From Octopus sinensis (taxonomy: Eukaryota), in assembly GCF_006345805.1 (NCBI RefSeq), contig NW_021835703.1, forward strand, positions 1-38,908: DNA of 38,908 nt, written 5' to 3'. This document shows, piece by piece, positions 1 to 12,076 of this stretch. The position numbers and the translations under genes are program-made. The stretch's first letter is position 1; each line of letters begins with the position of its first letter. Below the pieces are notes generated by a model. The model was not told where the DNA came from. It saw only the letters and a program-made list of their open reading frames with translations, and made no database searches.

Positions 1-329
1 GGATATTATTATAATTAACATTCTAGAAACAGCTGTAAGACCTTCTAGCTATAAAAGCTCTAATATATATACAGCCTTGGTTTTTTTTATTTCATTACTC
101 AAAAAATTCATATATACACTCGCTGACATAGAACCAACGTTGAACCCTTTATTCGCAATATTACCGAATCCGGAACTTAACTATGGTCTGTCTTTAGCAC
201 ATATTCAGCATTACCTGACACCTTTGGGTCTCAATGACATCATTCTCACTTATACGTATGTATATATACATGTATGTATGTATATTGCTTTTTTACGTTT
301 CAAATTAAAGGTGGAGCCATGTGGGTGCA

Positions 330-857
330 GCACTGTTTTACAACACTGTTATTATTGACAGACCCCTTCAGTATGTGGCAATTTTGTTGAATAAAGGTGT
401 TTGATGTCGCTATACTCCTTTGCACATCTCGCTGCGAGGTAGGGTTATCTGGGACTCTCGACAGGAAGAGGTCCACTTTTATTTGAAAACGCATACATTC
501 AGTTTGTGTAGGTCCCTCGGTCTGTTTGGGAGATTATTAAGAAGGTGTGGGCCCCTGAACTCAGGCTGTTGCAGTAACTGGTCCTAATGCGCGATGGTAT
601 TGCTAGGATCTTTGTCAATATACAAAGTCAAATTGTTCTGGTATTTGCGTCGATTTCAATTAGAAAATTTGGCACAATTTCTTTCAGGATCTTCCAGATG
701 TACATCACTGCATACCACTCTAACCTTCCGTCCAGAGAGTAGAGTCTAAGCTGTTTTAGACTTTCCCACTAGCTGAGCTATTACAATGAAAAGACCTTTC
801 TGGATTGCTTCAAGATCCGCAATTAAGTTTAAACTGTTGGGTGATCATAGCTGGGAG
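330..857 (-). mobile_element. Degenerate 3' fragment of a non-LTR retrotransposon (CR1/L2-like RT C-terminus)
   Basis: Manual minus-strand translation across stops and frameshifts gives CSQL*SP..IADLEAIQ, WESLKQLRLYSL..YAVMYIWKILKEIVPNF, GPHLLNNLP and KVDLFLSRVPDNP, the typical tail of CR1/L2-group ORF2. It abuts the point (~857) where homology to the IL17 flank at ~27957 stops. Confidence 0.7.
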
Positions 858-1809
858 CAGGAAAACTGATTCACTAAATTTAATTGCATGTTGTTAGGTT
901 TAGTGTATTTATTCGTGTTCAGCTGCTAATGCAGTCAGTGAGTGGAGATTTACACCTTTTATTCAGGTCAGAGAATGAAAATACGAACATAAGAAAGGAC
1001 ACGTTTTGTATTGAAATACATTTTTTTATTGATATTAGAATCCAATTGATACAAATTAACATATTTATGTCATATATTTCGCTTTTAGGAAAAGTAACAG
1101 AAAAATATATTTAAACAGTTTTACAATCATTCTACGGATGATAAATATAATTGTAAATATATACATAGAAAAAAGTTTTAAATATATATTTAAAAAATTA
1201 TTTTTTCAGTTATAATAACACATATACATGTGTGTGTGAGGGAGCACGTGTGCCTGCAAATACACATACACACAAACAGACACTCACGCCTACATTTGCT
1301 AACATACATATATGAAGTCATGTTAGAATACATACAAAAATGCTTATATATATATTGTGTTTCAAAGATATATAAAAGTTAGAATTATATATTTATGTAA
1401 ATATTACATAAACATTATTATTAGTGAGAATTTACTGGTGGACTGAGTACTAGTGTTTAAGTAACTATATGATATGGATATGGATTCAGAGAATCTTGCG
1501 GCTATCACAGTATTCTCTAGCAGTTCACATAATCATCAATTACATCGTAATGTCATGTGAAATAACTACGGACGCTAGCTTTCATTATTTGAATCAATTA
1601 GTGAATATAAAATTGTTTTGTAAAAGATGAGCACTGATATGAAGGAAAACATGTAAGTATAAATCGATGCATAGTGAACTTACTACGTGAACAAATTTAT
1701 GAAACTGGTGAAATTCTACGAAGTTCATGTTTACAATGTAGCAAATGTTCATCTGTCAACTCTCCTAATTTTATATGCCATTCTATTTCTCTCTCTCCCC
1801 GTCTGTATG

Positions 1810-2030
<221 letters not shown>

Positions 2031-2766
2031 AAATCATTCCAGAATTATTACCATTATTATCAGAATGCCTGCATAGTAAGAAAACATGTGCACTTTCATG
2101 TGTATGCAGTTCCGTATTTATATGCATTGTTGATACTTATAATGAGGATTAAACCATGAATATCGAAGTATTTAGTGTTAGGGACATGTAACGTATATGT
2201 AAATTCATTCAACACAATTTATCGGTTTCAAATATTTATATATAAAGAATCCTGATATGGGTTTAGGTTACAAAAAAGGAAATGTTAATTGAGTTAAATA
2301 TGATGGTAGGCAAGATAAGAGTTCCCTACATTCTTTACAAAATAGAAAAACAAAATAGCAAGAAATATATTTCACTTAGAGATCTGTTTTTTTGTCAATG
2401 TATGTATATATGTATGAATGTATTTTTAAATGTATGCTTATATACATGTAAATATATGCATATTTCCATATATATGTATATATTTATATTTGTATGTATA
2501 TGTGTGTATGTGAGTGAATTTGTGAGTGCGTTCGTGTGTGTGTGTGTATCGTGTGTATCTATAAACACAAAGAGAGGGCGAATGAGATCAAAAGAAAGAA
2601 ATAGCGTGAGAGCACCTATTTAAATATGTACGTTTGTATAATTTGTGTGTGTGTGTTTCGTATGTGTTTCGTACAACAACCACACAGTGGTTTACTTAAA
2701 CTTCCATAACATTATGAAAAACATTTGTGTTACACACATTTGAATGTTTGATGATGTTGGCCGATA

Positions 2767-3957
2767 TTACGACTCATATTCATCGCCATTTCCTCCAGAT
2801 ATTACATCGACCTTCCGTGCGCACACACAGGCTGTAGGAACCTCGATGACACTTGGTTTATAAACGTACAGTCCATCAACACATTCAGCTGTACGTTTCA
2901 GGACAGTCATTGGAGTATACACCATCACACATTGATGGTTACTTTCAGAGTCCAGACAGTCTGTACAGCGACACACGACTTCTGTGCGTGATGGAGGAAA
3001 ATATGTGGAATTGTGGGTAATTGTCAGGTACCATGGGCAGGTTGAACGCTCGCGAATGATATCAGTAGATACGGAAGATTTTGGGCAAGTTTTATTCCCT
3101 ACGCTCAGTGCTTGTTGGTCACTTCCCGCTGGAGATATTTCAGCTGGTAGAAAAAAGTTATTGCCGATCGCTGCATTGTATAGTTTCTCGTACTGAACTT
3201 TCAAGTCGTTTGGTATATTACATTGAGTCGGAATTGACGCCGAGGATATGAAGAATACGACGTTGGTGAGGAGGTATATCGCAACTTGGAGAACCTGCGT
3301 GATATAAATTATGTGAAAATGAGTAAATACGGTTCAATATGACCTACAGCTAAATAAATAAACGAAATAAAGTATAATATACTACTTACTGACTGTGCTA
3401 CTGACTGAATAACTGACTGACTAACTCACTCACTCACTCACTCACTCACTCTCATTCTCTCTCGAAATAGAAATACGAATACACATAACAACACTATCCA
3501 CTGTTCTCGTCTATTCGTATTTGACAATCCACAAATGGATAATAGAATACAGGAGAGAGTACAATCTTAAATCTCGAAATATTCCATATTCCGTAAGTTA
3601 TGTGTAAACTTTAATTAACCATTTTTGCCTTCTTAACTCTTTTAATAGATTCTCTGGTGTAATTTATTCTTGTAAACAAAGGTATTACTCATCTTTTATT
3701 ATATTATTAAATCTATGTAGTCCCTTAAATTCAAGTATCCATACTCAAAATAAGCTTAAACTAAGATAAAGTCAGCTTAGCAACATACTATAGAGAAAGT
3801 ACTGCACCGATCTTATTCTTTCTCATACACACATCTTCAAATTTTTCTAGATTCCTCTAAACCACCACTACCCACTTCGCACTAGACGCCCACCCATCTC
3901 ACTTTCTACTACCCTTCAATCTCGCCTCCTAGCGAAAAGTAATTAACACTATCCTAT

Positions 3958-3989
<32 letters not shown>

Positions 3990-4973
3990 TGTATGTATGT
4001 ATGTATGTATGTGTGTATGTATGTATGCATGTATGTATGTATGTATGTATATGAAAGACTAAAAAATCTATTTTCCAGAAGGAAATGTTTAGTGGAATGT
4101 GGAGAGTGATTTAACTTCCTTTGAGTCGATCCCCGACTTCAACTCCGGCCATAAGCATCTTTTACTATGAAAATATGTTTCGAAGAATGATTGCATAGAC
4201 AGTTAAAGATTTGTAAACGGAGTTTATGCACTTTCTAACAGATAATTTTGAAGGCACATGTGTCAGTGGTTAGAGCATCGATTTCTGTGCCGGACTTTGG
4301 GTTTTATGTTCTTAACCAAAAGGTTTTATTCCGCGTTGCTCTAGTTCCCTCAGCACTGGACATGAGGTGTGTTGCCACTGGTTCTAAAGGGTGTCGGCAT
4401 TTGCCTTTCCTATTCCACCATCGATGGCGGGGAGAGGAAATCTAGTATGCACTGACCGGATTTAATACTTTGGTGACGAATCTTGTTGGAAGAATCTATT
4501 GGACACACAGGACCAATGGTGTTATTTATTTTAACCTATAGATAACTAAATAGACAGGGAAATGAATACACAGTTTATGTGCTTCATATCCTTCTGTTTT
4601 AAGGTACTTTAAATCTTTTGCACAAATTCTCCTTTAACACCTGCCAGATATGTGCTCTTAGACACCAAACATCAATTTTAGTTAAATTAGAAGTGAGATC
4701 TAACAATTACGTGTGTATAAAATATGTATAAAAATATACGGGCTATTTATAAATATATATATGTGTGTATATGAAAGTACAGAATTAGATCAATATACCA
4801 CAGCAATAGAAATACGTAACGCATGTATAGTACTAATCTGCGTTCAGTACATAAGCAAAATGATTCACTCATTCCTATGAATGATAGAAGAGAAAGCATA
4901 GACATAAGACTGAAGATATAAATATTACAGTTGATATTAACAAGGTTTGTTTACTTACGTTGGTGGTATTCAT
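2767..4973 (-). CDS. IL17: Interleukin-17-like cytokine A, 2 exons: complement(join(2767..3294,4959..4973)), 180 aa
   Basis: Exon 2 has the IL-17 cystine-knot signature (RSTCPW, CxCxxC, QC, CxC). Acceptor TCACGCAG precedes 3294. Exon 1 ATGAATACCACCAAC is followed by GTAAGT. Splicing gives a signal-peptide-like N-terminus [24 protein letters not shown]. Confidence 0.92.
4250..4520 (+). mobile_element. Old tRNA-derived SINE in the IL17-A intron (antisense to gene)
   Basis: Head AAGGCACATGTGTCAGTGGTTAGAGCATCG and body align with the better-preserved SINE at 26581-26917. Confidence 0.75.
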
Positions 4974-5103
4974 AATAATGGATGGTCACTTGGAATGGAA
5001 AGAATGACAATCGCAGTATATATGTATATATTTTCAAATAAATCTTGAGAGTGCGAGTTTATCAAAATGATATTCACTTGTGATGATAACATCTCTGAGA
5101 TTA

Positions 5104-5220
5104 CTTATATATAATACTTTCACAGGGGAATTACCTTATGTCACAAAGATTAATGAAAACTAAAAAATTATAAATATAAACAGGAGGAACTAACAAATTT
5201 ACGGAAAAATTTACTTCCGG
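5104..5220 (-). promoter_or_regulatory. Putative IL17-A promoter: TATA-like box (5104-5113), kB-like GGGGAATTACC (5125-5135), ETS-like CCGGAAGT (~5213-5220)
   Basis: Motifs sit ~130-245 bp upstream of the ATG and are positionally conserved in all four paralogs. Function is inferred only. Confidence 0.45.
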
Positions 5221-5601
5221 TGATGTGAAAGATCTGGTATTAAGTGAAATAAGTTGTGATCTATATAAATTGCAGAGCGTTTGAGGTAACCAGGACATAG
5301 ATTATGATTTGTTTCCTCTTTTACCTGTTAATCGGATGTGGTACGTTCTGAGTTGTCTTAATACACAGGAACAGAGACATAGTAAGTAAGAACTTTTCCA
5401 ATCTATTTTTAATATATTTTATTATTTCTCTTGCTTATCTATCTAGGTTTTTATTTATCTATCTATCTATCTTTCTTTCTTTCTCTATTTCTTTCTTTCT
5501 TTCTATCTATCAATCTATCTATCTATCTTTCTACCTCTCTCTCTCTATCTATCTATCACTATCTATCTATCTATCTATCAATCTATCTATCTATCTTTCT
5601 A

Positions 5602-5634
<33 letters not shown>

Positions 5635-5677
5635 CTATCTCTTTGAATATATATATACACACAAACACACACAATCG

Positions 5678-5719
<42 letters not shown>

Positions 5720-5744
5720 AAATATATATATACACATTCATAGA

Positions 5745-5782
<38 letters not shown>

Positions 5783-6018
5783 TACAGACACTCATATATA
5801 CACCTATATATATAGCGCGTTATACATATATACATATATATACACACACACACACTATATATATACATATATATATATACATATACATATATATATATAT
5901 ATACATACAAATATATATACATATATATACCTATATATACATATATAATAATATATTTATATATACATATATATACATATATATATACATATATATACAT
6001 ATATATACATATACATAT

Positions 6019-6132
<114 letters not shown>

Positions 6133-6180
6133 TGAAGGAAGAAATGGAGCAAACGAAGATTCTACAGAATTCTTTTATTA

Positions 6181-6263
6181 TTTCTACACATGTTTCAAAG
6201 GCCGCAAATTTCCAAATTCGGATTGAATATGGAGACCATTTTGCAGCTTTCTCTTCAGGAAAA
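6181..6263 (-). ncRNA. Type I hammerhead ribozyme (long stem II)
   Basis: Minus strand reads TTTC-CTGAAGA-[GAAAGCTGCAAA...TTTGCGGCCTTT]-GAAA-CATGTGTA-GAAA: conserved core, short stem III around palindromic ACATGT, GUA cleavage triplet. Confidence 0.7.
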
Positions 6264-7388
6264 TCCAGGAATTTAAATCTCCAAACAATATGCGCAGCAA
6301 GCTATTCTAAAACAGCCGCAGTTCTCACAATCATTATAGTAATAAGAACGCCGTATTAATATCGGAAGCAAATCCCAATAGAATAAGGTTCTTATCTAGT
6401 GATTCCAAGATTAGAAATGCCATTTACCAATACAGAGTTTACACTGAATCAGATGTCTACTTTTATATCGGAGCTTCATCATCAAAATTGGCCGTGAGAA
6501 TATCGAACCACTTCACAACATTTCGCGATTTTAGGAAACAACATGCGACAGGACTTAGTAAATTGATCTGGCGTTTGAAGAACGCGAATTAAGCATTTAG
6601 ACTGGAATGGTCGACTTTATCGGTGTCTCTACCGTTTGATAGAGGCAAAAGAATATGTAATCTCTGCAACTCTTAACTTTTTGACATTTTGTTCGCTCGA
6701 GGGCGCCTAGTTAACGGGATTTTGCAAAATTCTTTCAGATGTCCCCACTGGCGGCGACACACATTTCTTGCATACAATTGAAACCTAAGATAATTAACAC
6801 CTTGATGTCCTAAGAAAAGGAAAAAAATTTTGGAAAAAATTTTGAGAAAATTTTTGAATTAAATTTGCAAGGGGAAATTACTCCCCTTTTAGCGTATGGT
6901 CTGCTACTTTTTTAGAAGCAATATCAGGGATTATACTCCCCTTGATTTGTCAAGTCATCTGTATATAAGCTGGCCACAGACGAACACACAGACAGAGGCT
7001 TTTATCAGCCGCTAGACCAACAATATCAGCAGTACTCTTTCCCTCTAGCTGCTTCCTAACATACTGCCACACATACACAGGCTCACACACATATACATGT
7101 AGGTAGGCTCTCACACCTAAATAAGATAGCCTTAATTCTTAAAACAATCGGAACATTAACATTAGTTATACAGAATATATTCACACCCTTTGGTTTTCAG
7201 TATTTCTTCCCCTACCAGGTTTGACCGCAGTTTGACCTCGATTTATTCCAACGGACTTTTTCGTCGGCCTCCACCACCCCTGACGTCAACGCACATTGAG
7301 AGACAATTTTGTGCCATTCCATGGGCTCCAAAGGAGCGTTTTGTTCGAATAGCTTGCTGCGCATTTGTTTGGAGATTTAAATTCTAGG

Positions 7389-7474
7389 ATTTTCCTGAAG
7401 AGAAAGCTGCAAAATGGTCTCCTTATTCAATCCGAATTTGGAAATTTGCGGCCTTTGAAATATGTGTAGAAAAT
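7389..7474 (+). ncRNA. Type I hammerhead ribozyme (long stem II), second copy in the element terminus
   Basis: Stem I ATTTTC/GAAAAT, core CTGAAGA (7395-7401), long stem II, GAAA (7457-7460), TATGTGTA with GUA triplet. Confidence 0.7.
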
Positions 7475-7688
7475 AATAAAGGAATTCTGTAGAATCTTCG
7501 TTCAGCTCCATTCTTCTCCATTCTTCCCTTCACTAAATATATTAAACTTCAATTATCCGCGCTGAGGCACGGTTGCGACACCCCATGGTCGTAACTTCAA
7601 CCGTGTTTTTTCTGTTGTGATTTTTGCTACCCAGATATCGGTAAAATTTTGAATAATCCGTAACAAGATAATTCATTTATCCATTTCA

Positions 7689-7723
<35 letters not shown>

Positions 7724-7826
7724 ATATATAAAGGGAATTGGAAAATAATTAAAATTGGTATTTCCAGTGGTCTAACGTGTGAAATATTTAGTCAAAAATA
7801 CTACATATTAGTGGTACGGTTTAGTG

Positions 7827-8019
7827 TATATTTACAAATAAGGAATCCACTGATAGGAATTCAACACGTTAGAAACAACAGCTAGGTTCTATAACACCAA
7901 AATTTTGGGATAAAATTTGAGAGGAAGGAATTTTATCCCAAATTTATTTGGTTATAGAACCTAGCTGTTCCTTCTAACGTGTTGAATTCCTATAAGTGGA
8001 TTCCTTATGTGTAAATATA
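7827..8019. repeat. ~190-bp near-perfect palindrome (MITE-like/foldback) in the head-to-head spacer
   Basis: Arms TAAGGAATCCACT..ATAGGAATTCAACACGTTAGAA..CAGCTAGGTTCTATAAC..GGGATAAAATT and their reverse complement flank the loop TGAGAGGAAGG. Confidence 0.9.
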
Positions 8020-8242
8020 TATATATATATATACTCTTCATAATTTGACACTGAATTATTGGAAGTCCACCTGAAGATGTTGATCAAGACAGAAAAACGA
8101 TTGTAGTGGCGGTTTTTTTTGACTATTTATTAAAATTTATGTATTGATTAAGTCTTTCCTTTTTGTTTTGCAAAATAGTGGTTTTGTCTCGAATAATATT
8201 TTATATTTATATATTATATATATATCTATATATATATATTAT

Positions 8243-8273
<31 letters not shown>

Positions 8274-8526
8274 CATACACACACACATATATATATATTT
8301 ATATATATATTAATATTTGCTAATAGTGGTTTTATGTATCTGTAATTTAATTTATTTAATTTATATTTATATATATATACATATACTAACATATATATAT
8401 ATTATATATATATATATAATATATATATATATATATACACGTATATATATACATCCATATATACATACATGCATACGTACATGCATACATACATATATAC
8501 ATACATATATACATATATATATATTC

Positions 8527-9359
8527 TACTAATATAGGATGAAGTTTCTTTACAGAAAAAAATTCCATCAAAAACGCGGCAGCTTATCAAAATACCTTTC
8601 ATCTTCAACATTATAAACAACTTATAACTAAGGGCATAAGAAAATTACTTGTATGCCAATATACTGATAACAGACTATTAAATCGTCAATTTCCAAATAT
8701 TATTATATAACCATTATAGAAATACGTTGTGCTGAAATCGAGGAAAGCACGTTATTTCTATATTGAATCAATTTCGGAATTAATCTCATAGATTTTTTCC
8801 ACATCAGTAGAAAATATGAATAGAAATAAATGAAATACTTACATGCGCCCATGGAAAAAACATACCCGAAGCTAAAGTCATGGGTACACAAATGTTCCCC
8901 ATATGTATATAAATATAAATACTTTGGCTAACCTCAGCGCACGCGTGAATTGATCTCCACCACAGCTTAGAGTGGTTACCAGTCCTTATAGCGAATAGTA
9001 ACAAATCTATTACTAATATAGGATGAAATTGTTTTTACAGAAAAAATTTCATGAAAACTGGTGCAGCATATTTAAATACCTTAAAAGGTTAAAATTATAT
9101 GTAACTTATAAACAAGGGCAAAAGAAAATTATTTGTATGCCAATATGCTGATAACAGAGTTTTATACCGTCAATTTCCACGTATTATTATATACCCACTG
9201 CAGAAATACATTGTGCTGCAATCGAGAAAATCTAGCCAACAGAATCTTTTTAAAAAGTTCGTTATTTCTATATTGAATCAATTTCGGAATTAATCTCAAA
9301 AGATTTTTCCCTTTTCAGTAGAAAATACGAATAGAAATAAATGAAATACATGCGCCCAT
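8527..9359 (+). repeat. Diverged ~330-bp direct repeat pair (8527-8851 and ~9012-9359)
   Basis: Both units begin CTAATATAGGATGAA and end GAATAGAAATAAATGAAATA..CATGCGCCCAT. The pair recurs at ~35443-36196. Confidence 0.8.
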
Positions 9360-9705
9360 TGTATATATATATATTTATATATATATATATATTGGGTCGT
9401 CTAGAAAGTACGTGCCGATTTCCAAAGGAAAAAAAACGCAATAAATACGTGCCATTACATTTTTAATCAACCAAATATGAACCATTTTCTTGCACAATGC
9501 CTTTCTATATAAATATATTTATAATTTATAAGTTTAAATTATTAATTTAAATAATTTTTTTAAATTTTTAACTTTAATTTAAATATTTTAACTGGATTTT
9601 TATATTTTCTATATTATATTTTTTATATATTTTTTTAATTAATTTTATTTCTATGTATTGGCTTTTGATTTTCACTGATTTGCCTAGTAGTGGTTTTATC
9701 TTTAA

Positions 9706-9752
<47 letters not shown>

Positions 9753-9796
9753 ATTATATAAATATTTGTATATGTATGTGTGTATGTATATATATG

Positions 9797-9829
<33 letters not shown>

Positions 9830-9840
9830 ATGTATGTATG

Positions 9841-9876
<36 letters not shown>

Positions 9877-9883
9877 ATGTACG

Positions 9884-9916
<33 letters not shown>

Positions 9917-9950
9917 ATGTATATATACATTTATATATGCATACATAGAT

Positions 9951-10017
<67 letters not shown>

Positions 10018-10240
10018 TGCAACACAAATGATAAATTATATTAAAAATAGATCGGAAAAGTTCTTAAGACAATATTTTACTATATCTATGTTCCTGTGTA
10101 TTAAGACAACTCACAATGTACCACACCCCATTAACAGGTAAAGGAGGAAACAAATCGTAAACCATGTCCTGGTTCCTTCAGGCTCTCTGCAATTTATATA
10201 GATCACAATATATTTCACTTAATACCAGATCTTTCACATT

Positions 10241-10360
10241 ACAGGAAGTAAATTTTTCCGTAAAGTTGTTAGTTCCGCCTGTTTATATTTATAATTTTTT
10301 ATAATTTCATTAATCTTTGTGACATATGGTAATTCCACGGTAAAAAATATTATATATAAG
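10241..10360 (+). promoter_or_regulatory. Putative IL17-B promoter: CAGGAAGT ETS-like, GGTAATTCCAC kB-like (10328-10338), TATATATAAG (10351-10360)
   Basis: Same motif order and spacing as in genes A, C and D; no ATG between ~10381 and the start codon at 10494. Confidence 0.45.
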
Positions 10361-10493
10361 TAATCTCAGAGGAGATGTTATCATCACAAGCGAATATCAT
10401 TTTGATAAACTCGCACTCTCAAGATTTATTTGAAAATATATACATATATACTACGATTGTCATTCTTTCCATTCCAAGTGACCATCCATTATT

Positions 10494-11384
10494 ATGAATA
10501 CCACCAACGTAAGTAAACAAATCTTGTTAATATCAACTGTAATATTTATATGTTCAGTCTTATGTCTTTGCTTACTCTTCTATCATTCTTAGGAATGAGT
10601 GAATCATTTTGCTTATGTACTTAACGCAGATTAGTACTATACCTGCGATACGTATTTCTATGTCTGTGGTATATTGATCTATTTCTACATATATATATTT
10701 ATAAATGGCGCCGTATGTTTTCCTACGAGTAGAATTTGTGCAAATGATTTAAAGAAACTTAAAACAGAAGGATATGTAGCACATTAACTGTGTATTCAGT
10801 TCCCTCTCTCTTTAGTTATTGCTTCATTAAAAGAAATAAGACCTTTCGTCCATAATGTCCAAGTGATTTTTCCTAGAATATTCTTCACCAAAGCATTAAG
10901 TCCGTCCACTGCATACAAGAAACCCCTCTCCACGCCATCGATGGTTTAATAAGTAAAAGCTGACACCGTTTAGCACCAGTGATATCGCACCTCATTTCCA
11001 CAGCTGAGGGAAATACAGCAACGCGAAATATAGTGTTTTGCTAAAGAACACAAAACACAGCCCGGCACGGAAATCGAATGTTTTACCTCATGATTATGAG
11101 ACCGATGCTATAACCACTGAGACATGTGCCTTCAAATTTATGTGTTAATAAGTAGCATAAACTCTGTACGTAGAGCTTTAAAAAGCTATTCAATCATTAT
11201 TAAAAATATATTTTCATAGCAAAAGATGCTTATAGCCGGAGTTGAAGTCATGGATCGATTAAAAAAAAAATTAAATTATTCTCCACATTCCAATAAACAT
11301 TTTCTTTAGGAAAAGAGAATTTTTTCCCTCTTATGCATACATACATACATCCATACATAGATATATACATACAAACATATATAT

Positions 11385-11426
<42 letters not shown>

Positions 11427-11544
11427 GTCTACACACATATATATATATATACATTTATATATATAATATACATTTATATATTTATATACACATATATATA
11501 TTATACGTATATATATAAATATATACATATATATATACATACAT

Positions 11545-11602
<58 letters not shown>

Positions 11603-12013
11603 ATATATATATATATATACATACATACATACATACATACATATACACTATATATATATATTTATGCTTTATAGATTAGAAACAGATATTGATAATTGAT
11701 TACACCTTGATATAATACCAGCCTCAGTATTCAGGGATAAACTCGTAATTTTGAGCTGTTGACAGAATGGATATTCAGGACGAAATGATCTTATGGAGAA
11801 CTAAGTGTATTTGGAGGTATATAAATAGAGCGTAGTGGGAGGTGGAATAAGTTTCAAGATTAGTGTTTAATAATGAGACTATTCAGGATTCATATTCGTA
11901 GAGTGAAAGATGGGTTGTTTCGTTTGTATATGAATGGTAATTAGAGCTGTCGACTAACTCCAAGATTCCGAGGTCGATTCCAGGCAGTTGCCTGATTAAT
12001 AATAATAGTAGTA

Positions 12014-12076
<63 letters not shown>

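Noticed and set aside
2984-3196. Antisense ORFs [11 protein letters not shown].. in all three IL17 exons (also 13509-13721 and 29919-30116)
   Set aside because: They are shadows of the IL17 frame; their conservation is explained by the sense gene.
7557-7610. Hairpin CACGGTTG..CAACCGTG preceded by CTGAGG as another hammerhead
   Set aside because: The core is incomplete (no CTGANGA and no downstream GAAA); at most a relic.
8527-9359. CRISPR-like or satellite array
   Set aside because: Only two diverged ~330-bp units with no repeat-spacer structure, in a eukaryotic context.
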